DNA of 64,000 nt from Balamuthia mandrillaris (GCA_031835245.2 JAVKOQ020000030.1:186001-250000); one strand, 5' to 3'. Shown: positions 48,974 to 61,140, counted from the stretch's first letter. Numbers and translations: made by a program. The notes: a model not told the origin generated them from the sequence alone.

Positions 48974-49714
48974 ACCTATTTTGTTTTTAAAATAGGCATG
49001 TTGTCAGCGTCTCACGGCCGGGTAAGAAAGGTAAGGTTGGTTAGCTAGTTTTCGGTACAGCATCATGAAAGGCACACACGACCTTCACGACCCGATACCA
49101 CCTGGAGTTAAGGTTGCTTCATTCTCCTCTGCCCTTCTTTCGTTTGTTCCCTGGCCTCTCGTTTCTTTCCTATCCTCAGAAAAGGAGCCGGGACAGAGGG
49201 AAACCTAGCAAACGCAAAACACGGCAGACAGAACAAGCAGAGAAGAAGAAGAAGAAAATGAAGCACCGCCATCCTCCACCACAGCAACAGGGAGGTAGAG
49301 GCCTGAACGAAATCTCTGACGTAACGCAGCCGGCAGCTGAGACCTGAGGAATTCCGCAGTCCCCTGGCACGAAATTTCCACGAAAATACATTAACCGTTA
49401 ATTGCTTTCATTTTTTCTTTCCGTTGTTGCCGCGGACAATGGAGACGGGCAAAAAAACGTCCGCACAGAACCCACATTCGCTGTGCGGACAGGATGCCCC
49501 GTTCCTTTGGCGCTCTTTGTTTTGTTTTTTTTTTACCCAGACAAAGTGTAGCAGAATAAAAAAAAATACGAGGGGAAAAAGCAAAGGAAAGTGTGTTTTT
49601 GGGGTTTTTTTGAGTGGGTGGGTGTGTGTGGGTGTGCACTACGTTTTTGTAATTTTTTTGGTTGGTTGGTTGTTGAAGAAAAAGAAAGGAGGTAGCGAAA
49701 AAACGTAGCAGAAC

Positions 49715-50924
49715 ATGTCCGAGGAAGACACTCCATGGAAGGACAGGCGCAGCCTTCAGGTTCGTTGGGGCTGCACTCGTTGGACTGAAAAAGACCAACG
49801 CTCACTTTCTCTCTCTTTCGCTCTCTCTTTCTCTCTCTCTCTCTCTTCCCTCCTCTTCTCTCCCTCTCTCTCCCTTACGGCTATTGAAAACAGACGGGTT
49901 TGTTGAGCGACGGAGATGACTCAGTTCATGAGCCCATACGTAAAGCCAATGAAATAAGGACCAACATCCCTGCTCGCATGGACAGGCACGTTCTTCCCTA
50001 CTTCTCTCGTCCTCTGCTCCTCCACTCCTGCTCCTACGCTCCTCTGCTCCGCTGCTCCTCTTCTTTCTCTCCCACTTTTTGCTCTATTTCTGGTGCTGAT
50101 TCATCCTTGAACTTGTTCTTCAAATGTTAAGGTTACCGTGGGCGCCATGGCATTGGCTCGTTTGTATAGCGCTGGGCATCTCATGGATCTTGGACGGCAT
50201 TCAAGTCACGTCGTTGGGCATCATTGGAGATACCCTAAAGGAAGAGGACACGCTGCATATCTCCAGTAAACAGGTTATTTTTGATGTTTCTATTCAAAAT
50301 GCTTTGTTCAACCTCTTGTTTCTTTTTTTGTTTTTTTGCAAGAGTGGCTATTCTTCTCTGCTTCTCGTTTCTTCTTTCTTTCTTCTTTCTTATCATTATT
50401 GCTTTGTTCTCCTTCTTCTTCTTGTTTGTTCTTCTCGTCTCTTCCTTCCGAAAGGTGGGCCTGTTAGGAACCATTTACATTCTGGGGGCAGTTACAGGAG
50501 CCCTCTTCTTCGGTATCATTTCTGACAAATACGGCAGAAAGAGGCTGTTCATTATAACGCCAGCCGTCTATCTCACTGCCACCTTTGCTTCCGCCTTTTC
50601 ATGGAACTTTGAAAGTTTTGCTAGCTTCATCTTCTTTGTTGGTTTGGGTATCGGTGGCGAATATTCAGCCATGAACAGTGCCATTAACGAATTTATACCT
50701 GCCAGAGTGAGAGGTCAATTTCTTTCCTCCTTTCTGTCTGTCTTGTTTCTTTGTCGTTCATTCACAGTGTTTTCTCACGTTTTATCGTTAAACAGGAATT
50801 GTGGATTTGGCTATCAATGGCTCGTATTGGTTTGGCGCTGCCATCGGTGCTGCCGCCTCCATCTTGTTCCTTGATAGGGACATCTTTCCTGCCAACATAG
50901 GTACGTTCTCTCCGATTATTTAAT

Positions 50925-50970
<46 letters not shown>

Positions 50971-51061
50971 CTCCCTCTTCAAATGATGTTAGTATTATTA
51001 GCTCTATCGGATGTTTGCATGACCGATAATCTTTCGAAAGCTGATTCCATCCTTGGAATTT

Positions 51062-51099
<38 letters not shown>

Positions 51100-52906
51100 G
51101 GTGTATCTACGTGTTTCTCAACATTCCATTTTCTTTCTTTTATCAGGATGGAGGCTGCCAGCAGGTATCGGTTCCGTTTTGGGAATAATCATCATTTTGA
51201 CTCGGATGTTCCTTCCTGAATCTCCACGATGGCTTATGACCCATAACCGCCTTGAAGAAGCAGAGGCGATAGTTTCCGGCATTGAAAGCAAGATAGAAAG
51301 GTTTCTCTTCTTCACTTTCGTTTCTCTTTCTTATTCATCTTTCTTCCCTAACAAATATTGTTTACAGGCAAAAGGGCATTGTGTTGGACGTACCAAGAAA
51401 TACTATCACTATCAACACTTCCAGCAAAGCTCTCAATATTTTCAGAGTACTCCATGAGATCTTCCGAAACTATTGGTCCAGAGCAATTTTGAGTTTGGCT
51501 CTTGTACCGTTATTTCTCTTTTTTACTCTTCTTTCTTGTTATTTCTTGCTTTTCGTTTCTCTCTTCCCTGTCTTTTTTCTTTCTATTGTGGCTCACATTC
51601 TGATCTTTACAGATGGTTTCGCAAGCCTTCTTCTACAATGTAAGTTTAGCTCCTTTTTATTCTTCCTATCTTCATCTAGTTCTTCTTTTCGTTTGTTCTT
51701 TTCTAATTTTCATTGTTTACAAAACGAAAAGGCTATTTTCTTTACATATGCTCTTATTTTGACCGATTTTTATGGAGTTGCTTCCAGTCACATCGGATAT
51801 TATCTCATTCCGTTTGCTCTAGGAAACTTTTTGGGCGCTGTTACTATTGGTGCGCTTCGTTTACTATTTTTCGAATTCCTTCTCCTATGTTGTGTTGTTT
51901 TCCATCAAAAACAGGATGCTTCACTTCTCTCCCTTCTTTTCTCCTCTTTCTTTTCTATCAAAGAAAAATTGATATCTGAAGGACGGATCATGCTGGTTTC
52001 CACAGGAAGACTTGCTCCTTCTTCTCCCTCCTTTTATTTGGCTTCTTTTTCCGTTGAAACATCTGTCTCACTATTCTTCTCTCTCTCTCTCTCTCTCTCT
52101 TTCCTTCTGCTTCTTGCTTGCTGCCCTTCACCTCTCTCTTCTCCCGTTTCCCAACAATAAAAAGGTCGTTTGTTCGATACCATCGGAAGAAAGCCAATGA
52201 TCTTCTTCACTTACACAATGTCAGCCACCTTGTTGATTGGCACTGGCGTTCTCTTCAAATTCGAATACCTGACGGCCTTCTCTCAGACCGTTTGTTGGAG
52301 CATCATCTTCTTCTTCTCCTCGGCCGGGGCCAGCTCTGCTTATCTCACCATCAGCGAGGTATTCTCACGTCCACTTTTTTTCTTTCATTCTATCATTCTT
52401 CGATTTTTACTTCGGTGTTTTTGTTGTTGTTGTTGCTGATTCACTTGAAACTCTTTTTTTTTTTTTTTGCGTAGGTGTTCCCATTGGAAGTAAGAGCAAT
52501 CGCAATAGCTGTCTTCTATTCTTTGGGAACAGCCGGCGGCGGTCTTTTAGGTTTTTTCTTTACTTCCTCTTTTTCTAGCTTCTCTTTATTCTATTCTTTC
52601 TTTTCTTTTCTTTTGTATTCTTTCTTTTTCTTTTCGTTTTTTTTTTTTCTAACGCAAAATTCTACAATGCGTTATAAAGGACCCGTTTTGTTCGGCGCTC
52701 TGATCGCTTCGGAAGACCGCACGCAGTTGCTGTGGGGATACGTGTTGGGCTCCGCGCTGATGTACTTTGCGGCCATCATCGTCATTTTCTTTGGGGTGAA
52801 CGCCGAAGGGAAGTCCTTGGAGGAGATCGCAGCGCCCATCACCCGCGGTGCGGCCAAAGTGGAGGAGGTGGACGAGTTTGATGAGGAAGTGCTTGTGGAA
52901 AACTAA
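49715..52906 (+). CDS. MFS transporter (sugar/aromatic-acid transporter-like) with about 10 or more introns
   Basis: IPARMDRLPW..WH, WILDG, SDKYGRKRLF, GLGIGGEYSA, EFIPARVRG, LPESPRWL, FDTIGRKPMI, SEVFPLEVRA, AEGKSLEEIA. Confidence 0.92.
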
Positions 52907-53116
52907 AACAAAAAAAAAAAAAACATAAATTTTATACATAAATAAATGAAAAATAGAAAATAATAATTTTTTCTTGTTAATTTTATTTTTTAAAAGGATA
53001 ATTAATTAATTTAAATTCTGATTTTCAATTGGTGTGTTCTATTTGTCGACATATTTCCGATTTTCGATTGGTCCATTTGATTTATTGTCGACAAACAGAA
53101 AAAAAAGAAAGGACAA

Positions 53117-54166
53117 ATGGAGTCGAGAACTCGGTATCCAGCAGGCGTGTGGCCGTGTTGCATCGGGGAGGAAGATGGCAAGGGTTACTTGCTTTTAGGG
53201 CGACAAGGAGGAGGGCTCCACCACACCAAAGCGGTCAAACGAGCCCTGGGCATGGTGAATCGCCAATGGGAGGAGCAACTAGATGGAACAGAGGGCTGGT
53301 GCGTGTTTTGGGGCAAGGCCGACCCTGAGGATGCCTCTTCTTTGCATACGGCAGCAAGGGAGGGGTCCGAGGAAGGCTTGAACGTGTTTGGGAGCATGCA
53401 GTTCTTGGTGGAGGTGTTGCGGGACTCGTCCGCCCATTACGAGGTGTTCGGCAATTGCTTTTTGATATGCTTGGGCGTCCTGAGTGCTTCCCAAAGGTTT
53501 CGTTGTTGTGTGTTCGTTGCGGTTGTTGGTTATTGGTTGTTGTGAAGGTGTGGTGGATGGATGGATGGTTGGTGGATGGTTGGTTTTTTTTTTGAATACG
53601 TTTCTCATTTGAGTTCTCAAAACATTTGCCAGGGATGAGGTTGTCGCTCTCCACAAGAGGAAACGCAATCGGACCATAAATCCAACCAAACGGGAAATGG
53701 TGGAGCTGAGATGGTTTGAGGCTTCAGATGTTCGAGAAAGGGCCTTGGCCCATCGACAGCTTTGCAAAGAGGAACGATGGGACACCGATATGGTGTTTGA
53801 TGGAATGGCTGCAGGTGAATTTGTTCGGCGTTGGTTTGCCTGCGAACTGGCACAAACTGGTTCTTCTTCTTCTTCTTCTTTTCGTTTCTTAATTCTTGTT
53901 CTTCTTCTTCTTCTTCTTCTTCTTCTTCTTCTTCTTCTTCTTTTCGTTTCTTAATTCTTCTTCTTCTTCTTCTTCTTCTTCTTCTTCTTCTTCTTCTTCT
54001 TCTTCTTCTTCGTGATATTTTTACAGTTGATTGGAATGAAGAACCTCTTTGTTCCCTTTGTAAATGGGGAAAGCATCCTTTTCCACAAGCAAGGGACCGG
54101 TTTGGAGAATGGTTGCGATGGGAATGGACACCTGAAGAAAAGAAAGATAAAGAAAAAGAAAAGTAA
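53117..54166 (+). CDS. Nudix hydrolase-like protein, two introns
   Basis: YLLLGRQ, WCVFWGKADPEDASSLHTAAREGSEEG (variant Nudix box), EMVELRWF. Confidence 0.7.
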
Positions 54167-54202
54167 AATAACTTTTGTTTAAAGTTTATAAACCCCAACA
54201 AG

Positions 54203-55517
54203 TCATGTTTGCTGTTCAGGTTTGGAAGAGTCAGGTATGAACACGGCGTTTTGACGAGAAACGAGGATAAGAGAAGAGAAGGAGGAGGAGAGAGAGACAG
54301 TTGAAGGAACAGGAAGAGACGCAGCGGCGAGCAGTCTTCTCAATGCAAGAGCTCCTTCCTTGCAAAAGGCATGATCCACAGAAATCTTCAGCAGATAAAA
54401 GCAAGGATAGGTTCTCTGAAAAGTAAATGTTTTCAAGGCTGGCTGCAAAGCAGAAGAAGGCCAATGCAAGACCACTTTTTTCATCCACGTTGGTGCCCCA
54501 TGACTTGTTTGTTGCTCCTTTTCTTCTTTTTCGTTTTGTTTTTCTTTCTTTTTCGCTGCTTTTGCTGTAGTTGCTTGCTGCTCTTTTGTTTGTTCCGTGC
54601 TCTTGTGCGTTTCCGTATCACCGCTGTTGCTTTCTGTTGGACTTTCTTGTGTCGGCTTGGATGGTGTGAATGGAGCTGAAGTAAAATGAAAGGTTCCTCC
54701 ATGTATTTCTGCGTTGTGGATCTGCTCTTCTCCTCTCCAACACTTGTAGATGAACGAGAACGAGTGTTGCTTAAACACGAACCGTTCCACGCTTCTCAAA
54801 GCTTGTTGCTCATGTCTTTGGTGCTGCACTTTGTTGACAAAAGTGCATCCATCGAGAACGTTACTTCCGTCATCCTCTTCGCCTTCATCGTCACTGGCTT
54901 CGCTCTGGCTTGGGGTGAAGCACAGCACCTCTTTCTGCACGTCTTGCTCCTCGTTGGTCCCATCCTCTGGAGCTTTTTCTTCTTCTTTCTTTGTTGCTTT
55001 GTTCTTTTTATTTGTTCTCCTTTTGGTGAACGCTCTCTTCTTCTGTTGCTTTCGTGTCCTGTTATCCGCTTTGGAGCCTGTTGTGTTCGCTTTCTTTCGT
55101 CTCTTCTGTCCTGCTTTGCTTTGCTCTTCCCCTTCATTGGGCTCGTGCTTTCTTTTTCGTCTTTGCGTCTTTGGCGCTCGGTGAACTGCTTCCTCTTGTG
55201 GCTGTTCACTCTTCTTGTTTCGAGGTGCTCTGGCTCTTTGTCCTCTGCAGACAACACACTTTGTGAGAAAAAAAAACGTAGATGAAGAGCGAAGAAGTAA
55301 GAAGAGAAAGAAAGGAGAAGAAGAAGAAAGCGGAAAGCGGTCAAAGGCACCTTGTTGGGGCAGAAGAGGAAGCCAGGCCCAGCACGGTGCCGCCACCAGC
55401 AAAGTAGTCTCTCAGGCGGGCCTGGAGCTCGTGCTTGAGGCCAGAGCACGACAGCCCTCGTCGTCGCAGCTCGACACGAAGACGCGTGCGGCCCAAAGCC
55501 TCCAACTCTGGCTCCAT
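54203..55517 (-). CDS. SAP-domain protein with a basic low-complexity region, one intron
   Basis: LEALGRTRLRVELRRRGLSCSGLKHELQARL is a SAP motif; splices into ORF 54203..55402. Confidence 0.75.
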
Positions 55518-55601
55518 GCTCTTTTGTTGTGTTCTTCTTCTTCGAAGGAAAAAAGAATGGGTTGCCTGCGCACCAACAGAAAAACCCAAGAAACAAAGTA
55601 A

Positions 55602-55750
55602 GCCGGGTGCCGACGAGTCGTGATAAGGGCGGTAGAGCGGGAGGATCAGACCCTGACGGACACAAACTCAATTGGCCACAGCAAGAGAGTTTGTGTCTCT
55701 CTCTCTCCATCATCACTCACGGAGTGAACCCACCGCCATTCTGACCCAGC
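55602..55750 (-). ncRNA. Candidate structured non-coding RNA (possibly box C/D-containing) or structured 5' leader
   Basis: Nested stems with G-U pairs valid on the minus strand, a perfect 11-bp hairpin, GUGAUGA and CUGA boxes, and a TATA-like tract about 30 nt upstream. Confidence 0.4.
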
Positions 55751-56090
55751 AAAGAAGAGACAGAGAGACAAAAGGATAGAGATTATATCTATATATTATT
55801 TGCAGGGCTGCTTTTTGTGCGCGAGCAATACATAGAGAGGTCCAGCGCGAGGTGGAGGGTAAAAGGGGGTGAAGTGAGCCTGAGGTTCGAGTCATTCTTG
55901 GCCGGGAAACGGGGTGGTGAGTTTAAAACGCGTACACTACAACACGGAGCCCTTAGTAAACGCTACCGCACCAGTATTATTGGGCACGGACATGGCTGCC
56001 GCTCTTGGTGTTGGTATGAGCCATTTTCCCCATGTCGACGTGAAAGTACGGTCTTGATGGAAAATCAAAATCCATCTTATTTTTGTCGAC

Positions 56091-58488
56091 ATGAACGGAA
56101 GAATGGAAGGCGAAGAAGAATGGGAAGCAGTTCAACCGCCACAAGACGCTCCGTTTTATCGCTCGTACAAGGCTATCGCCTCCAAGTTGAATAAAAGGTA
56201 AGACGACAACAATACTTTAGTCCATTTTATTTTATTTACATTTTTTTTTCTATCCTTGTTGTGTTCTTTTCTGTTAGGAGAGTTTTCTTTAGAAAAGCTC
56301 CATTTGAGACCAGCCGCGAGGAGCTTTCGAACTGGGTGGACATTCTACGACGGGAGGGCAATGACGTCTACGCAGCATTCGCTTGCTTGGCTTTGGCGCG
56401 CTGCGAAAACGCGTTGGGCTTGGAGAGCAAAGAGGCCAGAACCTTTGTGGAAGCTGGTCTCTTCTACGCTTTCTTCTGCTACTTTCTTCTTTGCTTCTTT
56501 CTTCTGTCTTCTTCTTTTTCTTCTTCTATCTTCTATCTTCCTTCTTTCTTCCTTCTTTTATTTTCTTTCTCCTGTCTTCTTCGCTCCTTCCTGCTCTCCT
56601 CCGTCGCACGCCTCCTCCTCTCTCCTCTTCTTCTTCTTTTTCTTCTTTTTCTTCTGTCTTCTGTCTTCGCTCTCCCCTCTCTTACTTGACCCTTTGGAAC
56701 CAAAACGAAAACAGGACATGGCTTTTGGGAGGTAGAACTTGAGCTTGAAGAGGCTCAACATTTCAGCATGGAGGATAGTGTTTGTTACGCCATCGACTGC
56801 TATACGTGGGCCATCAAAGTACACCTTCTATTCCTGCTCCTTCTCGCCTTCTTTTTGCTTATTGCTTCTCTGTTCATTTTAAAAAAGATTTACCTCAAAC
56901 AACATAAAGAAGAGTTAGCAGCTGTTCTGTTCTTTGAAATGGCATCCTTTCTTAAAGTACGGTTTTTTGTGTGCGTGTGTCTGTGTTGGTTAATCTATCT
57001 ATTTCAGTGCGCATTCGTTGTTTTTCCTTCCTCTTGTTCTTTGTTGTTTCTGCTTTTTCTTCTTCTGCGTATTCTTATTCTTGTTCTTGTTCTTGTTCTT
57101 TTTCTTTTTCTTCTTCTTCTTCTTCTCCTCCTCCTTCTCATTTTAACAGTCTGCGTATTCTTGTTCTTATTCTTTAATAGCAAATGCGCAAGTTTGCAGA
57201 AGCGGAATTATTCTTCAAAGAAGCTGCTCGCTTGCAAGAAGCAAAGTCTCCTACTGCTGCTATTCATTCAACTTTAGAAGCTCTTAGTTGCCTTATTCAT
57301 CAAAGTTGGTATTTTGTAAACTTCTTGTTTGCTTCTATTGCTTTGGTATTGTTTAACTTTTATATGTATGTGCAATGTAGGGTACTATCATGAAGCCATC
57401 CACACAGCAAGACATCTAGCAAAACTAACTCACCTTGCTCCGGATCCATATGGTACCTTCTCCTTTTTCCTTGCTGGTTTCCTCCTGTTTCTTGTTTCCT
57501 TTTTACTTCTTTTTCTTTTTTTTTTTTTCTGACGTTGTAGTTTTTAAATGATGAAGATATGGAAGATATCGACGTTGCGACAAATGCGCAACAACGACAA
57601 CAACAAAGTAACTCATCGCAGACGGTTACACCCACAACGCCTGCATCTTCCAAAAGCTCCTCTTCTTCTGCGAAAACAACTGCAAGCAGAATCTTTGCAC
57701 GAAGAAGACGAAGTCTAAGTTCAGCTATAGAAAAAGAAGACATACCAGAGAGACGCGAGAACACTGTTCTAGGCCTTCTTTCTCGGGAAGATTTGACTTC
57801 CTCGACAACATTACCAGCAGCAACAACAACAATTTCGTCGTCACCCTCTTCTTCAAAATCTGTATCTCCATTTACTTCATTTGCCTTGCAACTTGCTGAA
57901 GACGGACAAGTAACCCTCTTTTTGTTGCACCTTCTTTTGGTACTCTTCAACTTTCTTTGCCTTTTTCTTGCTTCGCTTTTCTTTCTTTTTTTTTCTCTCC
58001 TTTCATCTATTTTTCCTTGTTTTTTTTTTTGTTTCTAATGCTGCATTCTTTTATTTTTACAGAGAGACATTCGAACGGCACAAGCAATGGTGAATGAGAT
58101 GAAGCAAGTGCGAATGAAGCAGGAAGAGCAAAACGACGCACAGGCCCGTGATCTGTTTGAAGAGGAGACTTCTTTGCCTTGGTCCATCTCTGGAGATACT
58201 TCGCTCTGCTTTGCTTTGCAATCCCTTTTGGTTTCTTCCTTCTCCTTCCCTTCTCCGTCCCCTTCTCCTCGTTAATGTTGCTTTCTTTATAAATAGGACG
58301 TATTTCAACGAAGAGACGTGTCTATGGTGAACCAGTTGAGAGAAGAACTTTGGCCTTTCCTCAATCAACTACAATGGGATCTATTTCAACTGCTACTCCG
58401 GGACATGGAGCACCAAATTCTCTTTTCATCTTCTTGTAACAAGTGGGTACGGCAATCGCTTGCAGCTTCAAAGAAAGAACAACTTTAG
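56091..58488 (+). CDS. HAP40: HAP40 (40-kDa huntingtin-associated protein, F8A1-like), multi-exon
   Basis: YKAIASKLNK-SFLRK, YAAFACLALARCENAL...EA, LAAVLFFEMA and C-terminal LQSLL...ELWPFLNQLQWDLFQLLL align by eye with metazoan HAP40 N- and C-terminal blocks. Confidence 0.8.
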
Positions 58489-58551
58489 GGATAGAAAAGA
58501 AAAAGAAATGAGAAAAAAAAGAAGAGATGACAAATACATTACACCTTTAAA

Positions 58552-59387
58552 TCACAACAATAATTCCAAAGAAACAATTCTCACCACATTTTCACTCGAA
58601 GACGAAGCACCATCACCTTCGTCATCGCCTTTCTTCGCGGCTACCGTCTCAAAGAACGCCCAAATGAGTTCATTTACATCAAAATCCTCCACAACCGAAT
58701 CATCGCATTCTTCTCCCGCCAAACCGCTTCCTTCCACTCCGGGCCAAGTGTGCCCACCTCCTACCAAAGTGCATAACACTACATCCTTTTCATCCTCCTC
58801 CCCACACGGTCCAAAAGAGACACATCTATCATCATCTTCCAGGTACTTGGCCGTACATTTCGAGTCACCATAACGGCATAGACATTCGTTTGCTTCAGTC
58901 ATGACGTTGACAGCATGAGGAACGGACGAGAAGTTATACCCAGTGTTACAGCTCTCACCTCCGAAGAATGGGATGTTCTTCTCTGCCGTTCCGTGAACGA
59001 TCATCACAGAAGGGGTAGCATGAGAGGCAACGCATTCCTCCTCTTCCTCTTCCTCCAACTCGAACGCTCCAGCCACGAGAGCGGCTGCGGTAATGCGATC
59101 GGACAGCTGACAAGCGAGTCTATAAGACATTATAGCTCCATTGGACATTCCTGTGGCAAATATGGAGCCCACGTCGAGGCAAAGGTTGTCCTGAAGATGA
59201 TCCAGAAGGACGCGGATGAAGCCAACGTCGTCCACGTTTAGGCGAGCAGAAGGGCTGCAGCACTTGCCGCCGTTCCAGGTTCGGATGCCCGCCACGCTCC
59301 ATCCGTCTGGATAGACCACTATGAAGCCGTGTTTGTCTGCTGTTTCGTCCTGTTGTTTGAAAGAAAGAGAGATGAGAGAAGGAAAAT

Positions 59388-59430
<43 letters not shown>

Positions 59431-59723
59431 ACCATGCCATAGGTTCGTTGGGCTTGCTTGCCACTTCCAAAGCCGCCATGAAGAAAAAAGAGGAGTGGTA
59501 AGGGCTGCTCAGGGCGGTACGACGGTGGAACGTAGACAACAAAAGTTCTGTTTCGGCCATCAGGGGCGGTGACTTGGCCTTCTGTGGAAGTGCGTGCTCC
59601 ATAAAGGCCTTCTCGTTCTGTCAATTGTTCACAGCCTTCAGAGGAGGAGCCTGCTGCTTGTTGTACTACAGACCAACGCATCAACAGGACCCAAATGAAC
59701 AACGGCACTCCTCTTCTTGTCAT
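58552..59723 (-). CDS. Secreted PHB-depolymerase/LpqC-type esterase, one intron
   Basis: Signal peptide, RTFVVYVP..Y..PLLFFLHG, VVYPDG, WNGGKCC, DDVGFI, TGMSNGAIM (GxSxG), HGTAE, GGGHTWPG. Confidence 0.88.
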
Positions 59724-59989
59724 TTTGTTGGTAATGGTTGCAGTGTAGCCAAAGCCAACCGAAACTTCTCTCCTGCTCTGTCCTCTCTCCTCTCTCCTCT
59801 CTCCTCTCCTCCTCTCTGGCCAACTGAATTACACAACAAACTAAAAAATTAAAGTTTTAATAGCCCCACTAATACTTCTCCTACTTCTTCGTTTTGTCTT
59901 CTTATTATTCTTCTGCTTCTTCTTCTCCTCCCCCTTTCTTCTTTTTCTTCTTCCTCTTCAAACGAACGTGATTCACTCTAGGAATATAT

Positions 59990-60300
59990 CTAGTCTATAC
60001 CTCCAAGCATGGCTGATTCTTGGTAGGACGTTACTTTAGGAGAATGACGGTTGCGACCCAACAAAGAGGCCTCTTCTCCTAATTCCTCCTCTTCCTCTTC
60101 TTCCAGTGTTGACGTTGTGTTGGTGGGTCGAAGTGTTGACGCTTCACTAGTAAAATAAGATGTGCTCGTGGTTGAGGAAGATGCACTCCGCTCATGACCG
60201 CTTCTTGCTCTGTCTCCATCCGCTTTTGTATAAATGAGAGTGAGCGAAGGAGAGAACGAGAGTGAACGAGATTGAGAGAGAGGCGCGAGAGTACAAAATT

Positions 60301-60378
<78 letters not shown>

Positions 60379-60502
60379 TACCTCTGTAAGATATTTTAAT
60401 ATACACTCGTTCTACTGTTGGAGAGAAACTAAATCGAATGTTATGAGCGGCATATCTGTTCCACGATGAAAAGTATTAGTCGTTAAACAGAGAGAGAAGA
60501 AC

Positions 60503-60540
<38 letters not shown>

Positions 60541-61140
60541 TTACAGAAAACAACAGAGAGTTGCGAGAGAAAGAGAGAGTAGACAAAGGAACATTGAAGG
60601 GGAGAGCCACCTCGGATTCAAATCCGTTTCAAAGTACTGCTTGATGTGAGAACGGGCGCGCAGCATTTCGTTCTTGATGTCGCTGTTCAGGTATGACACA
60701 TAGCAACAGGTGCAGAGGAGGCTGAGCCCACAGGTCAAACAGCAGAGACAACAGAGGCAACACACTTGCGAGTTCTTGCTCTCCTCTTTGTCCACCACGG
60801 GATACCACAGCCCGTCGACGTTCTTGATGATGTCCTCCCACTCCTCCTTGCTTATGTAGGGCGACAAGACCTGTGGGTAAGTGGCCTCAAACATGCCTTT
60901 GTGTTTTGTTGTTTCCAAAGATGAGTTGAATGCAAAAAAAAAAATCAAGTAGCGAGCCAAAAAAAAAAAGAGTAGCGACCACCCACCGGGTCGATTGTCC
61001 GCCGTGGCGAGTTCGTCGCTGACCATTCCGGAGGCCATGAGACCACTGGGATGCAGCATCAACAGAACGTAGGTCTCGTCCTCGTCCTCCTCCTCGTCCG
61101 AGTGGTAGGGCCTGTACGCCGCCGAGGGACTGGCCTCCAT
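59990..61140 (-). CDS. Erf4/GOLGA7-like cysteine-rich protein, spliced
   Basis: FEATYPQVLSPYISKEEWEDIIKNVD...CCLCCLCCLTCGLSLLC...IKQYFE..LN pattern. Confidence 0.6.

Noticed and set aside
55880..55900. tRNA gene at the B-box-like GGTTCGAGTC
   Set aside because: No cloverleaf or acceptor stem could be built.
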